A stretch of 63,308 nt of DNA, filler included, from Corallochytrium limacisporum Hawaii (Eukaryota > Protista > Pluriformea), in NCBI GenBank assembly GCA_002811645.1. It is 5 parts of 5 records of this genome, joined end to end, with 100 filler letters (N's around TTAATTAATTAA, not from the genome) between each part and the next. Parts side by side here need not be neighbours in the genome. Positions count along the whole stretch, not along the records: positions 25,124 to 55,079 come from PDIP01000030.1; positions 55,180 to 60,810 come from PDIP01000012.1; positions 60,911 to 62,175 come from PDIP01000122.1; positions 62,276 to 63,308 come from PDIP01000247.1; 1 more part is not named here. One strand, 5' to 3'. The translations under genes and the position numbers were made by a program. How positions within the stretch are numbered: the stretch's first letter is position 1; each line of letters starts with the position of its first letter. The notes below the pieces were generated by a model that worked only from the letters and a program-made list of their open reading frames with translations, had not been told where the DNA came from and did no database searches. Shown piece after piece: positions 52,289 to 63,308 of this stretch.

Positions 52289-54420
52289 ACAACGAGCATA
52301 TCAAGTCATGCAAGACGATGTCATAATACATATATACATAATTCAAGATTTCGATGACGGCAGTCCGAAGATGGCAGCCCCACTTGGGCGAAACACTACA
52401 ACTGGTGACGATGATCCGATTAGGAAGGTAAGCATAGGGCAGCTACTCACTTTCCCGGGCTATCAAAACGGAAAGGATGGGGAAGGAGGGGGGGGGCGCG
52501 CGCGCGCAGATTTACCCGGGAGAAAGGGAGCTGCTATGCCAATATTTTTCCAAGATTGGCTCGGAACATTGCCACAACAGTGTGTCTTCGCATCTTCAGA
52601 GATCCGACATCGAGGCTCCCATCAAAACAATAAGTAGGCCATTGTCGGAATAACGCAATTAAGGAAAGTGGTGACGAAGGATGCGTACAAGGACAGCATG
52701 CTTTGCCTGCAAGCAATTGTGATCCGGGTTTTTTGACCGAGCATGGAAAGGCGATATCTTTTTGGGATCCCGACTTTCCCAATGGAATGCACAAACTCTC
52801 GATTGAGGTGCCCATCTACTGTGTATTATTGAGGAGCCGGAAAGTGCTTCGCCCCGCGCCTGCCAACAGCATTAATCACTTGCTGTCCTGATCATTGTCC
52901 ACTCGTGTTTCAGTAGATGGGCTGGCACGATCATGGTATGGAGACCAAAGCATCGCAGTGGTGAACTGTCAAAGGTTCATTACACATCCTTCCCTTATGA
53001 CACACACGAAACCAGATTTGCTGAAGTGAATCAGTGATTTTGAATGTAACCCTTGATGTCCCCGGAAACGCAGTTGGAAGATCGGTAGTAGCAATGACGT
53101 TCTGGTGCTTGTAAGTGAGAAAGCCGGGGCAGAAGCCGCCAAAGGAAACGAGGACTGCGAAAATTTCAGCGCGACATCAGTCTTCGAACGCAGATGCACC
53201 TGCTATCCTCGATTGGCTGCCCGCTGGGACAGAGTTGCACTTGTTTTTGATTCCACCCGCCAAACCGTTTGGCTCCAGTGATGCCCACCCCCGCCGCCAG
53301 GCCCGCTGGGTCAGCGAGGTGTCTTTGTGACGTCGGTTATCGCAAAGGATGCCAAACCCAAGATGTGAAACAAGAAACGCAAGCAACCTTAGGATGGTTT
53401 GATGCTGATGATCACTGGCCCATGAACTCCAAGTACGCGTGTGATTTCTTCCTTTAAAGGGCAAGGCGCATGTTAAAGGTTTCTTTCCTCTGTTACTCCT
53501 TTCTTCCCCCACAAACACACTCTCTCGCTGTCACTGCCTCTGTCTCGCTCTCGCGGTGTGACAGAGTCGTCATGTGTCTCTCTCCATGCTCTTCCGTAAC
53601 CAAAACTTCCAACACAAACCGAAAGGTAAGCTGACCAACGTCTTCACCAGCCATAGCATTTCATCGGGGAGAGATGGATCTGGCCGATAAACAACCAAAG
53701 AGAGAGCCAAAGGTGAGATGGTGGTAAAAGATTCCCAGGCCGACATCACAGTGTGTGTGTGTCCCAGGACCACAGACTGGCAGAAAGAGTTTATCAGTCG
53801 TCAAAAGAGAAACACAAGCAAAACAGAAATCAAGATCCCATCATCGCATCGCATGTTAGGAATGAAAGAAGGAATCAAAGACGAAAAAGGAATTATACGA
53901 ATATTACTACCAACAGTACTGGAAAGGAAAGAATTAAACACTAAGGGACGAGAGGACAAAAAAATGCCTGCCTTCCTTTTTTCTCGCGTGATCTCGTCGC
54001 CGCCGTGTTATCAATATCGCGGAGCCCTCCCACCGATTCTATACTCTCTCTCTCTCCCCGCCCCCCCCTGCGATTGGGTTTAGGTAAGTATTTTGGGCGG
54101 GAAGGGCTAGAAAAAAAACATAGTAAACGAAATTTGTTCGCCACCTCGCGCGTTCTACGCCCGGGTTTTTGATTCAGGACATTCATAGTGAATATATGGC
54201 ATTATCCGGGCGAAAAAAAGCAGTCGATGCATCGGAATGGGAGTGGAGTTGTATGATAACCATGGTGTACAGCTCTGTTCTTCATTCGGTGACGGCCATT
54301 TATACTTAATATATAGGGAGGTATTTTTTCAAATTGTCACTTTGGACTTTTTGTCTGCTTGCTCAGATGCCGGTGCTCCTCGGCTTGTCCCGGGAGGTCG
54401 CGATCTGGCTCGGTCACTAG

Positions 54421-54492
54421 CACTGGCACTGGCACTGGCTCTGGCTCTGGCACTGGCTCTGGCTCTGGCACTGGCTCTGGCTCTGGCACTGG
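54421..54492. repeat. Hexamer tandem repeat (CACTGG/CTCTGG)x12
   Basis: Directly visible; includes a higher-order 18-bp unit CACTGG-CTCTGG-CTCTGG three times. Confidence 0.95.
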
Positions 54493-55812
54493 CGGTGTGA
54501 GTCTGCTCGCCTGCTCGCTATCTCTCACAAAAGGGCACCGGGAGCGTTCTCTCTTTTCGATCACTCTTCTCATCCATTTCTCCGCCAGTCTCATTATTCG
54601 CCCGTGGCCGGCGGTGATTTTGCCGAAGCTCGCGTTTTCCCGTTGTCTTTGTTTGTTGTGGACTGTGGTCTGGAGACCCAATGGCACCATACACGCAAGA
54701 TCTCACTACCTCCCCCGTGTGTGCGCTGCATGTTTAAAATCTTTTAATACCACTTGCGTTCCTTTGTGGTTGTCGGCCTCTCTGCTGCTCCTCCCTCCCC
54801 CACGCGGCCCGGCCGTAACGGTTGCGATGCTTCAGTCCAGGGTGGTTCGCTGTGTATTTGTTTTTTTTTTGGATTCCACAACAACGAAACCAAAAGACTA
54901 CGAAGGGTCAAGCAGCCAAGCGCCCCGATTGGGTCCCAGGGGCGCTCTACGGATCGGTCGCGCAAATCCACGGAACATTCCTAGAAAATCGGGGAGGGGA
55001 GGGGGGGTTAAGAGAGCGTTAAAATTGCTGCGGAGGGGACGGGCCTCACGGGGTTCTCGCGCCAGAAGGAGAGGGGGGGNNNNNNNNNNNNNNNNNNNNN
55101 NNNNNNNNNNNNNNNNNNNNNNNTTAATTAATTAANNNNNNNNNNNNNNNNNNNNNNNNNNNNNNNNNNNNNNNNNNNNTCCCGCTCTCCCAAGCGACGG
55201 CAGAGCTAAATCAAAAAGAGTAGATTTGATACAATATTCCCAGACAGAGGGTGGTACTTAAATTAGGGGGAGGGATCGGGGGATGGGGGATGGGGCGAAG
55301 CGAGTTGGAAGGGTAAATGGCCCAACTTTTTCCTTTCTATTTTTTTTCTTACTTTTTGTTTTTTTCTGTTGTTTCTTTCTTTCCTACTTTTGCCGGATCT
55401 GCAGGCCAACCGAATTTTCGCCACCATTCCTGAGTCCGGCTCTGCCGGCCTCGGGGCGTAGGGAGAGAGAGAGAGAGAGAGAGAGAAGGACGGCGGGACT
55501 AGAGGGGTTGAGGGGGGTTGGGGAGGTGTTTGGGGAGAAAGAGGACATATTAATTAAGTAGGGATGCCGGCGGGTTGGGTTACCGGGGAGGGGTCTGGGC
55601 ACGGGCCATGGCCCTCTCTGGGACCCTGGGGAAGCGAAGGGAAGATCGGTAAACTGTGTTTCCTGGGAAGCAGTGACCTGGGGTCAATGGTTGTTCATGG
55701 GCACAGGTATTTATGTAGAGCTGTAATGGAATGTTTTGTACGGAAATGTCGAGGTAGTAAACTTGTGACTCACACAGTAAGCGTATACTTACCATTTAAA
55801 GAATCTTGAATC

Positions 55813-56430
55813 ATGAAGATGCTGATCAGCATGGTTTTGGCTGCGTCCGTGGCGATTGCAAAGGTCTCCGCACAGCCTACATGCGTGCATTTGGGCGACA
55901 CATGTTCCTCACAAAGTGGGTTGGATACCTGCTGTGGGGACTATGTGTGTGGTCCGTATCCTAGCACCAATGTCACACAGCATTGTGTTGAACGCATTGC
56001 TGAAGGCGATGTATGTTCGTAAAGCGGCGATAGTCAAGACTGGCTCTGCGCTGATGGTTTGCACTGTATGCTAGAAAATGGCAAGGGAATCTGTAAAGCC
56101 ACTCCGCCGGGCAGCATTTACTGTGGAAAGGCGGGCAACTCATTCTATGGCGAGATACCGCTAACTCATAGCTATTTCTGTGACAAGGACACCTTCTACT
56201 GTGGCACAGATTATTACACTCTCTGGCCGTACTGCATACCCTTCGTTAAGGCGGGAAACCCTTGCTCTGCAGTCAATGGTACAACGTACCGGGCACAGGC
56301 GATATACGAATGTCAAGAAGGAGAGGACCTTGTCTGCTGTCCTGGGGAGTTCAACGCCACCTGCATCGCGTCTGGGGAATGCTCTAGCACGGGTCTACTC
56401 CCCGCGCCACTGCCGCCTCATCCAGTCTAA
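55813..56430 (+). pseudogene. Secreted Cys-rich protein gene with an in-frame TAA (pseudogene or readthrough)
   Basis: Signal peptide. Track ORFs 55813..56022 and 56059..56430 are in the same frame and separated only by TAA at 56020-56022. Repeated G-D/N-x-C-S motifs lie on both sides of the stop. Confidence 0.7.
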
Positions 56431-59400
56431 GCACGCATTCGTGGTATGACTCAGCTGGTTTAGAATAAGTCTCTGCAATTAAAAGCCATCCGCATGCTCA
56501 GCGACTCCTTTGATCCCATGAAATAAAACACCATGTCATAGTATTACCTCGATGATGCTCCCATAATCATCCACTCGGGCATAGGTCATTGAAAAACCGT
56601 ACTGCGCCACATTAGTGCCCCTCTCTTCTTCATGTCTTCAAGTCCTCATGAACAGCAGCACATCCTCCTGCCCAATAAAGCGTCATGAAAGTAACGTCAT
56701 GAACAACACACTAATATACACAATCTGTCGTGTGGGTTTATGCTCATGTGTGCTGCGGTCGTATACTGACTCGCACTGAGAAAGGACAATTCCCCCCCCC
56801 CCGGGGGGGGGCTCTCGTCCGGACGCAGTGTTTGCTTTGTCTCCCTGCGTTGGCCAGTGGTAAAGGCCTGGGGTAGTTTGCCACAGACTCTGACGGCCCG
56901 GATCATCATGCACCCAAGAAGTGCTGGTGATTGGCATACGACGGACGACTTGGATTATTTCAACACTGCAAGCGCGGACGACCAACAGGTAGCATAAGCC
57001 ATAGTAGAAATGATGGAAGTAGAGGGACAATTGAATGCCGGTCCTTAGCGAGAGCCTGCACAGCACGTTCTTGGCTGCCTGCATTTCTCCCTGGGGACTG
57101 GAATGCTGCATAGGGGTTGCAATTAGAAAACCCCCGTCGATACAACTCCGAGTAATGATGTTAAGCATAATACGCCCCCCCCCCCATACAAGACTACACA
57201 CAGTACCGGTGACTGATACCTCAGCCTGTCCTGCTGCGACCGGCGAGAATAGTTTGCGGGGGCTACATCTTCTGAAGAAACAGTATAGTACTCCATATGC
57301 CGGATACATTTTTTGAGAAGACCTGGCGATGTCACACAGAGTGTTTACCTCACAACAAATACAGGGTTACCGTAAAAGTGGTCATCAGCGCCGAGTGTAT
57401 CCCAATCGCCAGGGTGCTGTGTCCGCGCCACGATAGCTTCCGTAGGCCCGCAGCATCGTCGGTTTCGCCCCATCGCCCGGCGCAGAGTTCGCCGTAAGGT
57501 TGCTTTTGCTCAAGGGATAGATTCATAACCTGGCTGTCACATCCGCAGATTCTCTTCGTTAGATGTGGGCGACTGAATTGAGATGCTCGCTCGGGGGCGG
57601 GCTTTACATCTTCATGGACAGTATTGAAAGTTTGTGCCCTTCTCCAGCCATTCACTCTTGACTGTTAGGTCGCCCACAGTGGACGCCTCGGCACTTACGA
57701 TCAGAGGAGTTTCGTGCCGCCTCCATGTATATATATTTTTTCTTTGCGGCTTCCTCGAAACTGGGGTCTGACACCAGAGGCTCTTAGGGGCGGGTGTTGA
57801 CGTCAAGCCTCCCGGGGGCCCTGGGAGTCGTTTAAAGGGCCCCCCCCTTGGTACACACCAGTGGCTAGGTAATTTCTATATTGTGTCTTGTTCTCGTCCG
57901 CTTGTTCTTGGCTTCACCCACTGGGCTTCCCGTGGTACCTGTCCTTTGTTGGTACTGGTCACCGGCACCACCCGCGGATTAGCTTCGTAAACAAAAAAAA
58001 AAAATCATCGCTGTCCTGGCGTACGTGTATTCTACGAAACGGATCCTTGCCTGGTTAACTTTTGAGGAGGAAATGTACGCCCGCTTTCCGGTTAATAAAG
58101 ATATGCTGACTGTGGCGGTCTCGCAGTAATTACACCCTTACATTTGTATCCAATACCACGAGGCATTTGAAATTGCGCCAGAAATGCAGGTGGGTATGGG
58201 CACTTACACTGAGAGAGAAAGAGAGATCGTTTTTCTTCTTTGTTTTCCACAAGGCCTCCTGTTCGTTCACCTGCTGTTGCTACCTCCCAAGTCAACCCTT
58301 TACTCTGGAAACCAAACTTCGCGGTGCATCGGGGGACTTTTTCTTCATAGAAGAAAGCCGAAGGGGCAGCAGCTGCGGCAGCTAGAAGAAGCAGCAGGTC
58401 GACCTCCAGGGGCGGACAAGAGAGCTTGCGATGTTTGATGCATTCATTACCAACGGCGCCGGGCCCCAGCTTACGCAGGTGGCGATGTCCTCCTTCCCCG
58501 GCCCGGCCCGCCCCTTTGCGCCGGTGGTCCCCAGTGTGAAGTAATATTGATTTGTTTGACATTTCCCCATATTTTTCATTAGTGTATGTAGTGTAAAAAT
58601 CATTTTACAATCCCCCAACAATTAGGGGGGGGTCCTGTCTGTCGAACTTGCGGTGTTTCCTATGACTTTGGGATCCTTAGCATTCTCGGTCAACAGAAAC
58701 GCGATGTCAGAGAGAACCTTCATTAGGAGGCAGGGTGAAGGTGCGCACGTTCGAGTCTGTGCGGTTTTCTTCTTTTTCATGCGCAATGCCTTGGTATTGA
58801 ACACTGCGCATCCTGTACTACCGTTGGTACCAGGACCTGCCACCGAAACCAAGGCGATCTTCCATGCGCCGAAACTCTGGACCTGTCATGGACAAGCGCG
58901 CAGCAAAGTAACTTCCGCCGAAGCGACAAAGAGAAAGAAAGAACGCACACACAGCCCAAACGGAGAGGAAAAAAAAAATACCAAAATTAAAAAATGACAA
59001 ACTCACAAATCCCTGAAAAAACTTTTACCCGGAGCGGCAGTAGAGCGGTGGTCATAAATCGACCCCCCCTCCACATTCCCACCGCTTTCGCTTCTCGTTC
59101 TCCCTCCCCCGGGAACAGTGCGCAGTGTAAGGTCCCAAATTATGAATAGTTCCTCCCGCTGGGGGCGGGAGTTGCGGGGTCGGGAGCACTGCCGCTGGTA
59201 CCGGTCGCGTTGAAGGGGAAGGGGAGAGGGGAGGGGGAGGGGGGGGGAAGGGACATGTGCCTCCCGGGGACGGCAATCAGACTGTACTGAGCGGCATCGG
59301 ACGCCCTGGTGCACAGACCGGCACTAATGTAATTCGATTGGTATCAATGATCATGTATGGAGACTTGTCATATCTCAGTATAATGTGAAACCAAACCAAA

Positions 59401-59618
59401 TTGATTCCTCAGCACCACAGTGATGAAAATCCTGTTGAGCCACACGTCACGATCTCTGATCAGATTGCAGGAGAGGGTATTTAAAGGTAGAGGAGATCGG
59501 ACGGCTTCGGTGGAGGTGATGAGAAACAACATCAAACGTCTCAAGAACGTGCATACTTTGTGTGTGTGTGTAAAGGAAAAGCCCTGTTAATCTTGAACAG
59601 TTGAAGTTGAACTCCAAG

Positions 59619-60311
59619 ATGATGTCCATCAAGTATACCTTCGCCGCCGTCAGCTTGCTGGCTGCTGCAACCATTACTACGGCCGCCCCTGCCCTGGAAA
59701 ATGAACTTACGATCCCAATCATGGGAGGAGCCGACTATGTAGATCCTTGGGCTCCAATCTACTCTCGCCGGGACACGAGTGTTCAACATGCTATCCTTTA
59801 CCCGATGTCTGCAGACCTGGCCGATTTCCTGAGGGCCTCTGCTGCGAATACTGCGGAATTTGCGCGCAGATCCGTGGGTATTGATGACAAGTTTGCTGCA
59901 GATCTTGCTGACTATCTCAATATCGATGCGGGTGAGGAGTACCACGCCCTTCTTTCAAAGGTTAACGATTCTCTCCAGGGAGCCACGATTGTCAAGATCT
60001 CCTCTACCCAAAAGGCACGCCGTGACGCTGTCAACATGCAGAACGTGGATTACGTGGTCGACGATGCCACAATCACTGAAAATGACGCTGTCCTCATGCC
60101 GATCTCGGACGACCTCGCTGAATTTGTTAGTAACCCCAAGAATTACGCCGATTTGTACCGCAGATCCGCCGTGCGTGGTGAAGCTGTCGTGCAGGACCTT
60201 GCCAGATACTACAATATTAAGACGAGCGCTGAGGTATACAGTGTCTTGCTCCCACATGCCACTCGCGCCCTCCAGGCAGCTAGGCTTGTCAAGATTTCTG
60301 ATGCCGCCTAA
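59619..60311 (+). CDS. Secreted protein with two ~99-aa internal repeats and RR dibasic sites
   Basis: Signal peptide MMSIKYTFAAVSLLAAATITTAAPA. Repeats AILYPMSADLADF...IVKIS and AVLMPISDDLAEF...LVKIS lie 297 nt apart. Confidence 0.85.
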   Translation: MMSIKYTFAAVSLLAAATITTAAPALENELTIPIMGGADYVDPWAPIYSRRDTSVQHAILYPMSADLADFLRASAANTAEFARRSVGIDDKFAADLADYLNIDAGEEYHALLSKVNDSLQGATIVKISSTQKARRDAVNMQNVDYVVDDATITENDAVLMPISDDLAEFVSNPKNYADLYRRSAVRGEAVVQDLARYYNIKTSAEVYSVLLPHATRALQAARLVKISDAA

Positions 60312-60910
60312 GAATGTACGAACTTCGCTGAGTTGATTACAAGATCGGCGGTCATCGGTGTAAGTCCTCGATGTCGACTTTTTGGAGCCGACTTGAGTGA
60401 TGACGAGTACCAGAGGCTGCTCCCAGATGCCAGCGCCGAGCTCTCGGCCAGCCCAAATTGACTAAATTTCCAGTACTACTTAAACTATTGATAAAAAAGA
60501 AAGTATCTCAACCACCTACCGGACATCCGCAATCTTTTGACAAGCACGAGAAGGCGAAATCGTTATTTGGGAGACAGGTCATTCATGCTCATTGCAGGGA
60601 AAGACTGGGCTAAGTACCGCACTCCTCTCGGCTAAAATGTGTTCTCCTCTCCATTACGTTTTGTCTGGCCAATGATGCCACTGTCGGGAAGCCGTGCCAC
60701 TCTGCATGTGTCAGTTCAATTCCGTGAACGACCAAGCGGTTGAAGAAAATCAAGGATAAGTTGATTGGTCGGTGTACCTTCTCGGGGGCCTAATTTGCCG
60801 GGACTGGAACNNNNNNNNNNNNNNNNNNNNNNNNNNNNNNNNNNNNNNNNNNNNTTAATTAATTAANNNNNNNNNNNNNNNNNNNNNNNNNNNNNNNNNN
60901 NNNNNNNNNN

Positions 60911-60926
60911 CCCTAACCCTAACCCT
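60911..60926 (+). repeat. Telomere-type (CCCTAA)n remnant at a contig start
   Basis: CCCTAACCCTAACCCT directly after the gap 60811-60910; only 2.7 units are visible. Confidence 0.55.
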
Positions 60927-61894
60927 TATTTCATTAATTATATACCGTCGACTTGAATATTGCTTCAAATCTTTATGCTGTACGCTGCTGTTGAACCCGT
61001 TGGGACGTGGAACAGGTTCCTTCCGTAACAGGTGCCCGGTTCTTGAGGTACTATTTGGTACTCGACGCGGCGGAGTGGTTTCCTCAACGGCCGGTGACAG
61101 ACTTACAGGTGACAGCAGACCCACACCTACGCACAGATTCCACTAGAACCGAGCCGACTAATTTTGCAGACCGCAAGAGAAAGTCTATTCCTGATGATTT
61201 ACTCTTTTCTTGCATTCCACAAATGTCCGAATTACGCACAAGAACGCGCTGCAATAAATGTGTGGACTGCGGAGGTTACAGGGTAGATTCCGGGAACCAA
61301 CTAGAGTATTCTTTGGCTGTTCGGTGACCATGTCAGGTGCATCTAGGTTTAGTGCCGGGAAGAGAAAACATCACCATAAACTATTGGGTTGTTTCTTCGA
61401 ATGCTTAGTTACTAGCTACGTGCATTCTTCCATTCGAAATAATTCCTATCCCACATGCAAGGTTGTGTGGGGATTAATCATTTGTTGCATTCATGGTGGT
61501 GTGGCGCCGGGGGGCTGCACCTGCCTTTTTCCCACTGCGGCGAATACTGTTGATAGTTCAATCACCAACATTCTGTTACTAAGAACGGGTACGGAGCGTA
61601 TAGCCAGGATTCTTGACGTTGATTATCGTGGAATTCACCTCACCAGCAGCCGAATATGCGTGTGGTAAGATCGCAGCCATTCTTAGGATCTAATACTGCC
61701 GTCGACACTCAGCAGCAAATATCAAAGGCACACTGTTAGGCAGCAGGGAAGGCTCGACGGAGTCACGGACAACCTCAACTTTCCCTAAGCGGCACATCCC
61801 AAATGTAACCTCCACCCACACCACCCATTCAATTGTTCGACATAGAATTTGCTTTACATTTCCAAACGTTTGGTGCATTCCCCCACTTTTGATA

Positions 61895-62175
61895 CCACCC
61901 TCTGTCTGGTATGTCAGGGTCAAAACTCCGAAAAACTTGACTCCCGAGGATCTTTTTCAATCTTGATTGTATAATAATTTATATTGATTGTATTCTATTT
62001 CATTATATTTTGCTCTTTTTAACAATCATTTACAAATATTTCAATAGCTGATTCAAACGAAGAGTCCCTGCTACTCTCAAAAATGGACTATTTTGACTTT
62101 GGCTTGACATTGAACACATCGTAGTCGTACAAAAAAATTAAATATGAGCATCTATTACCACCATGACTTGAACCA
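61895..62175. mobile_element. Second copy (left end) of the TA-flanked putative DNA transposon
   Basis: TA|CCACCCTCTGTCTGGTATGTCAGGG... matches 24876-25023 with one visible mismatch. Identity starts exactly at the TA, and the copy runs into a gap. Confidence 0.7.
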
Positions 62176-62275
62176 NNNNNNNNNNNNNNNNNNNNNNNNN
62201 NNNNNNNNNNNNNNNNNNNTTAATTAATTAANNNNNNNNNNNNNNNNNNNNNNNNNNNNNNNNNNNNNNNNNNNN

Positions 62276-62836
62276 GTCCAGACCAAGCGACAAGGCCATG
62301 AGTCGATTCATCTTGAAGCCACTGCGACGGACGCTGTCTATGTAACGAAGGAGGGTGGACTGGAAGTCTGGGATTTCTCTGACCCACAACTCCTGAAGAT
62401 CGTCTGGAAAAGTGGGCGCGAGGTAGCTTTCCTTGACGTCTCGATACTCTCCGATGCCAATAGTCTCACTGTAGCGTTTTATCCATCCCCGGAAGTATTG
62501 CTTGTCGGCATACCTTGCCTTGACTTCCTCGGGCAGCTGGAAAAATTTGCGTGCATTCGACTCCATCTTGTCTTTGAGGGCATTGTTAATGCCATGGTTC
62601 TTTAAGCACATGAAGCCGATGTCCCTCATCACGACATGGAATTCTTTCGCTGTTTGCAGCTTGTTGGCTTCCGATGCAAACGCCCATTCTAGATCCAAGC
62701 AGGGAATCGTGTCTTTCTCAGGGTCCACGAGATTGTCAAAGGCGCTAGTCTTGCGCAACACGTCCACTCCATCAATGCCGTCCAAAGACAGACGGGTGGC
62801 CGGTTCAGAGCCGACGAACTTGTCTTCTGCAACCAT
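62276..62836 (-). CDS. 2-oxoglutarate/Fe(II) dioxygenase, IPNS/DIOX_N family; 3' part lost in a gap
   Basis: IPCLDL, IGFMCLKNHGI, ARKFFQLPEEVK, FRGW, DVKESY, LMALSLGL. The catalytic HxD half is not visible. Confidence 0.85.
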
Positions 62837-63308
62837 GTTGAAGATGTTTGCTAAGTTTCAGATCTGACAAGCTCTGTGCCTAACTTGCGACATACTGATC
62901 CATGATCAGGAAGGAATCGATCTAGTCCTAAAGCAGCCCTTAACTAAGTGGTAAGACACTGACCCGTTGCCGTCGGTGGCCGGGTGATTTTGCCGTCGAT
63001 GGCGGGTGATTGATGTCATCTCCCCCCGCCCCTCTCTTTTTTCCAAAGCGCAGGATAAGGAGAGGCAGGCAGAGTAGGAAACACCAAAGGTGGCACGCGT
63101 ATCGCAAGCCACAAAATCAAGCAAGCGGTGCAGCTGGTCTGGTTGGAAATCATTGGGGTGAGTACCCAATTCAGCAGGTGTATTGCGGTGATTGGCAATA
63201 AATTGCTACCCCTTCCGCATTAGTGCTTCCTCGATTGGTTTCAACAGTTGGGACCGGGGCCCCCCCGCCCCCCCCCCCCCCGGGGGGGGCGGGGGGGGGG
63301 GGGGGGGG

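Noticed and set aside
52600-53460. Possible degraded gene in balanced-composition sequence
   Set aside because: Only short fragments with no recognisable motif; cannot be supported without a search.
54237-55135. ORFs with ALALAL, PEPEPV or GSGTGS repeats
   Set aside because: These are translations of the hexamer repeat in different frames, with no other protein-like features.
55813-60461. Genome-wide reassignment of TAA to Gln as the explanation for in-frame stops
   Set aside because: HUWE1 (GFGFA*), SRP40 (SIKF*) and SNX3 end at their conserved C-termini with TAA, so TAA is a normal stop.
1-63308. CRISPR arrays, rRNA, snRNA or hammerhead ribozymes
   Set aside because: No repeat-spacer structure or recognisable rRNA/snRNA sequence seen. 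The intergenic CTGATGA words I checked lack the paired GAAA and stems.

Overview
This is a gene-dense eukaryotic scaffold. The long ORFs need no introns, including a single 10.3-kb HUWE1/Tom1 ORF. SNX3, UBE2K and NARFL look animal-like, so the source is probably an intron-poor unicellular holozoan; a Corallochytrium-like lineage is an inference only. The first ~52 kb holds mostly housekeeping genes (PPR-like protein, HUWE1, SRP40, UBE2K, tRNA-Val, NARFL, SNX3, SFT2, CDF transporter, ORC6-like, ARMH3, OGFOD1). It also holds several unusual genes: a class II-type HDAC fused to a BRPF/JADE-type PZP reader, a DEP domain fused to a bacterial-type MerA-like disulfide reductase, a bacterial-type GST, and a disrupted gene with a phage-like HhH-GPD glycosylase-type domain. 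Intergenic DNA repeatedly carries self-complementary CnGn tracts, often a few hundred bp upstream of genes. A TA-flanked element with imperfect terminal inverted repeats occurs twice. The last ~11 kb is gene-poor. It contains two secreted-protein genes whose coding-like sequence continues past a TAA, telomeric repeats at a contig edge, and a truncated 2OG-Fe(II) oxygenase. There are five assembly gaps. All family assignments come from motif recognition by eye; no searches were run.
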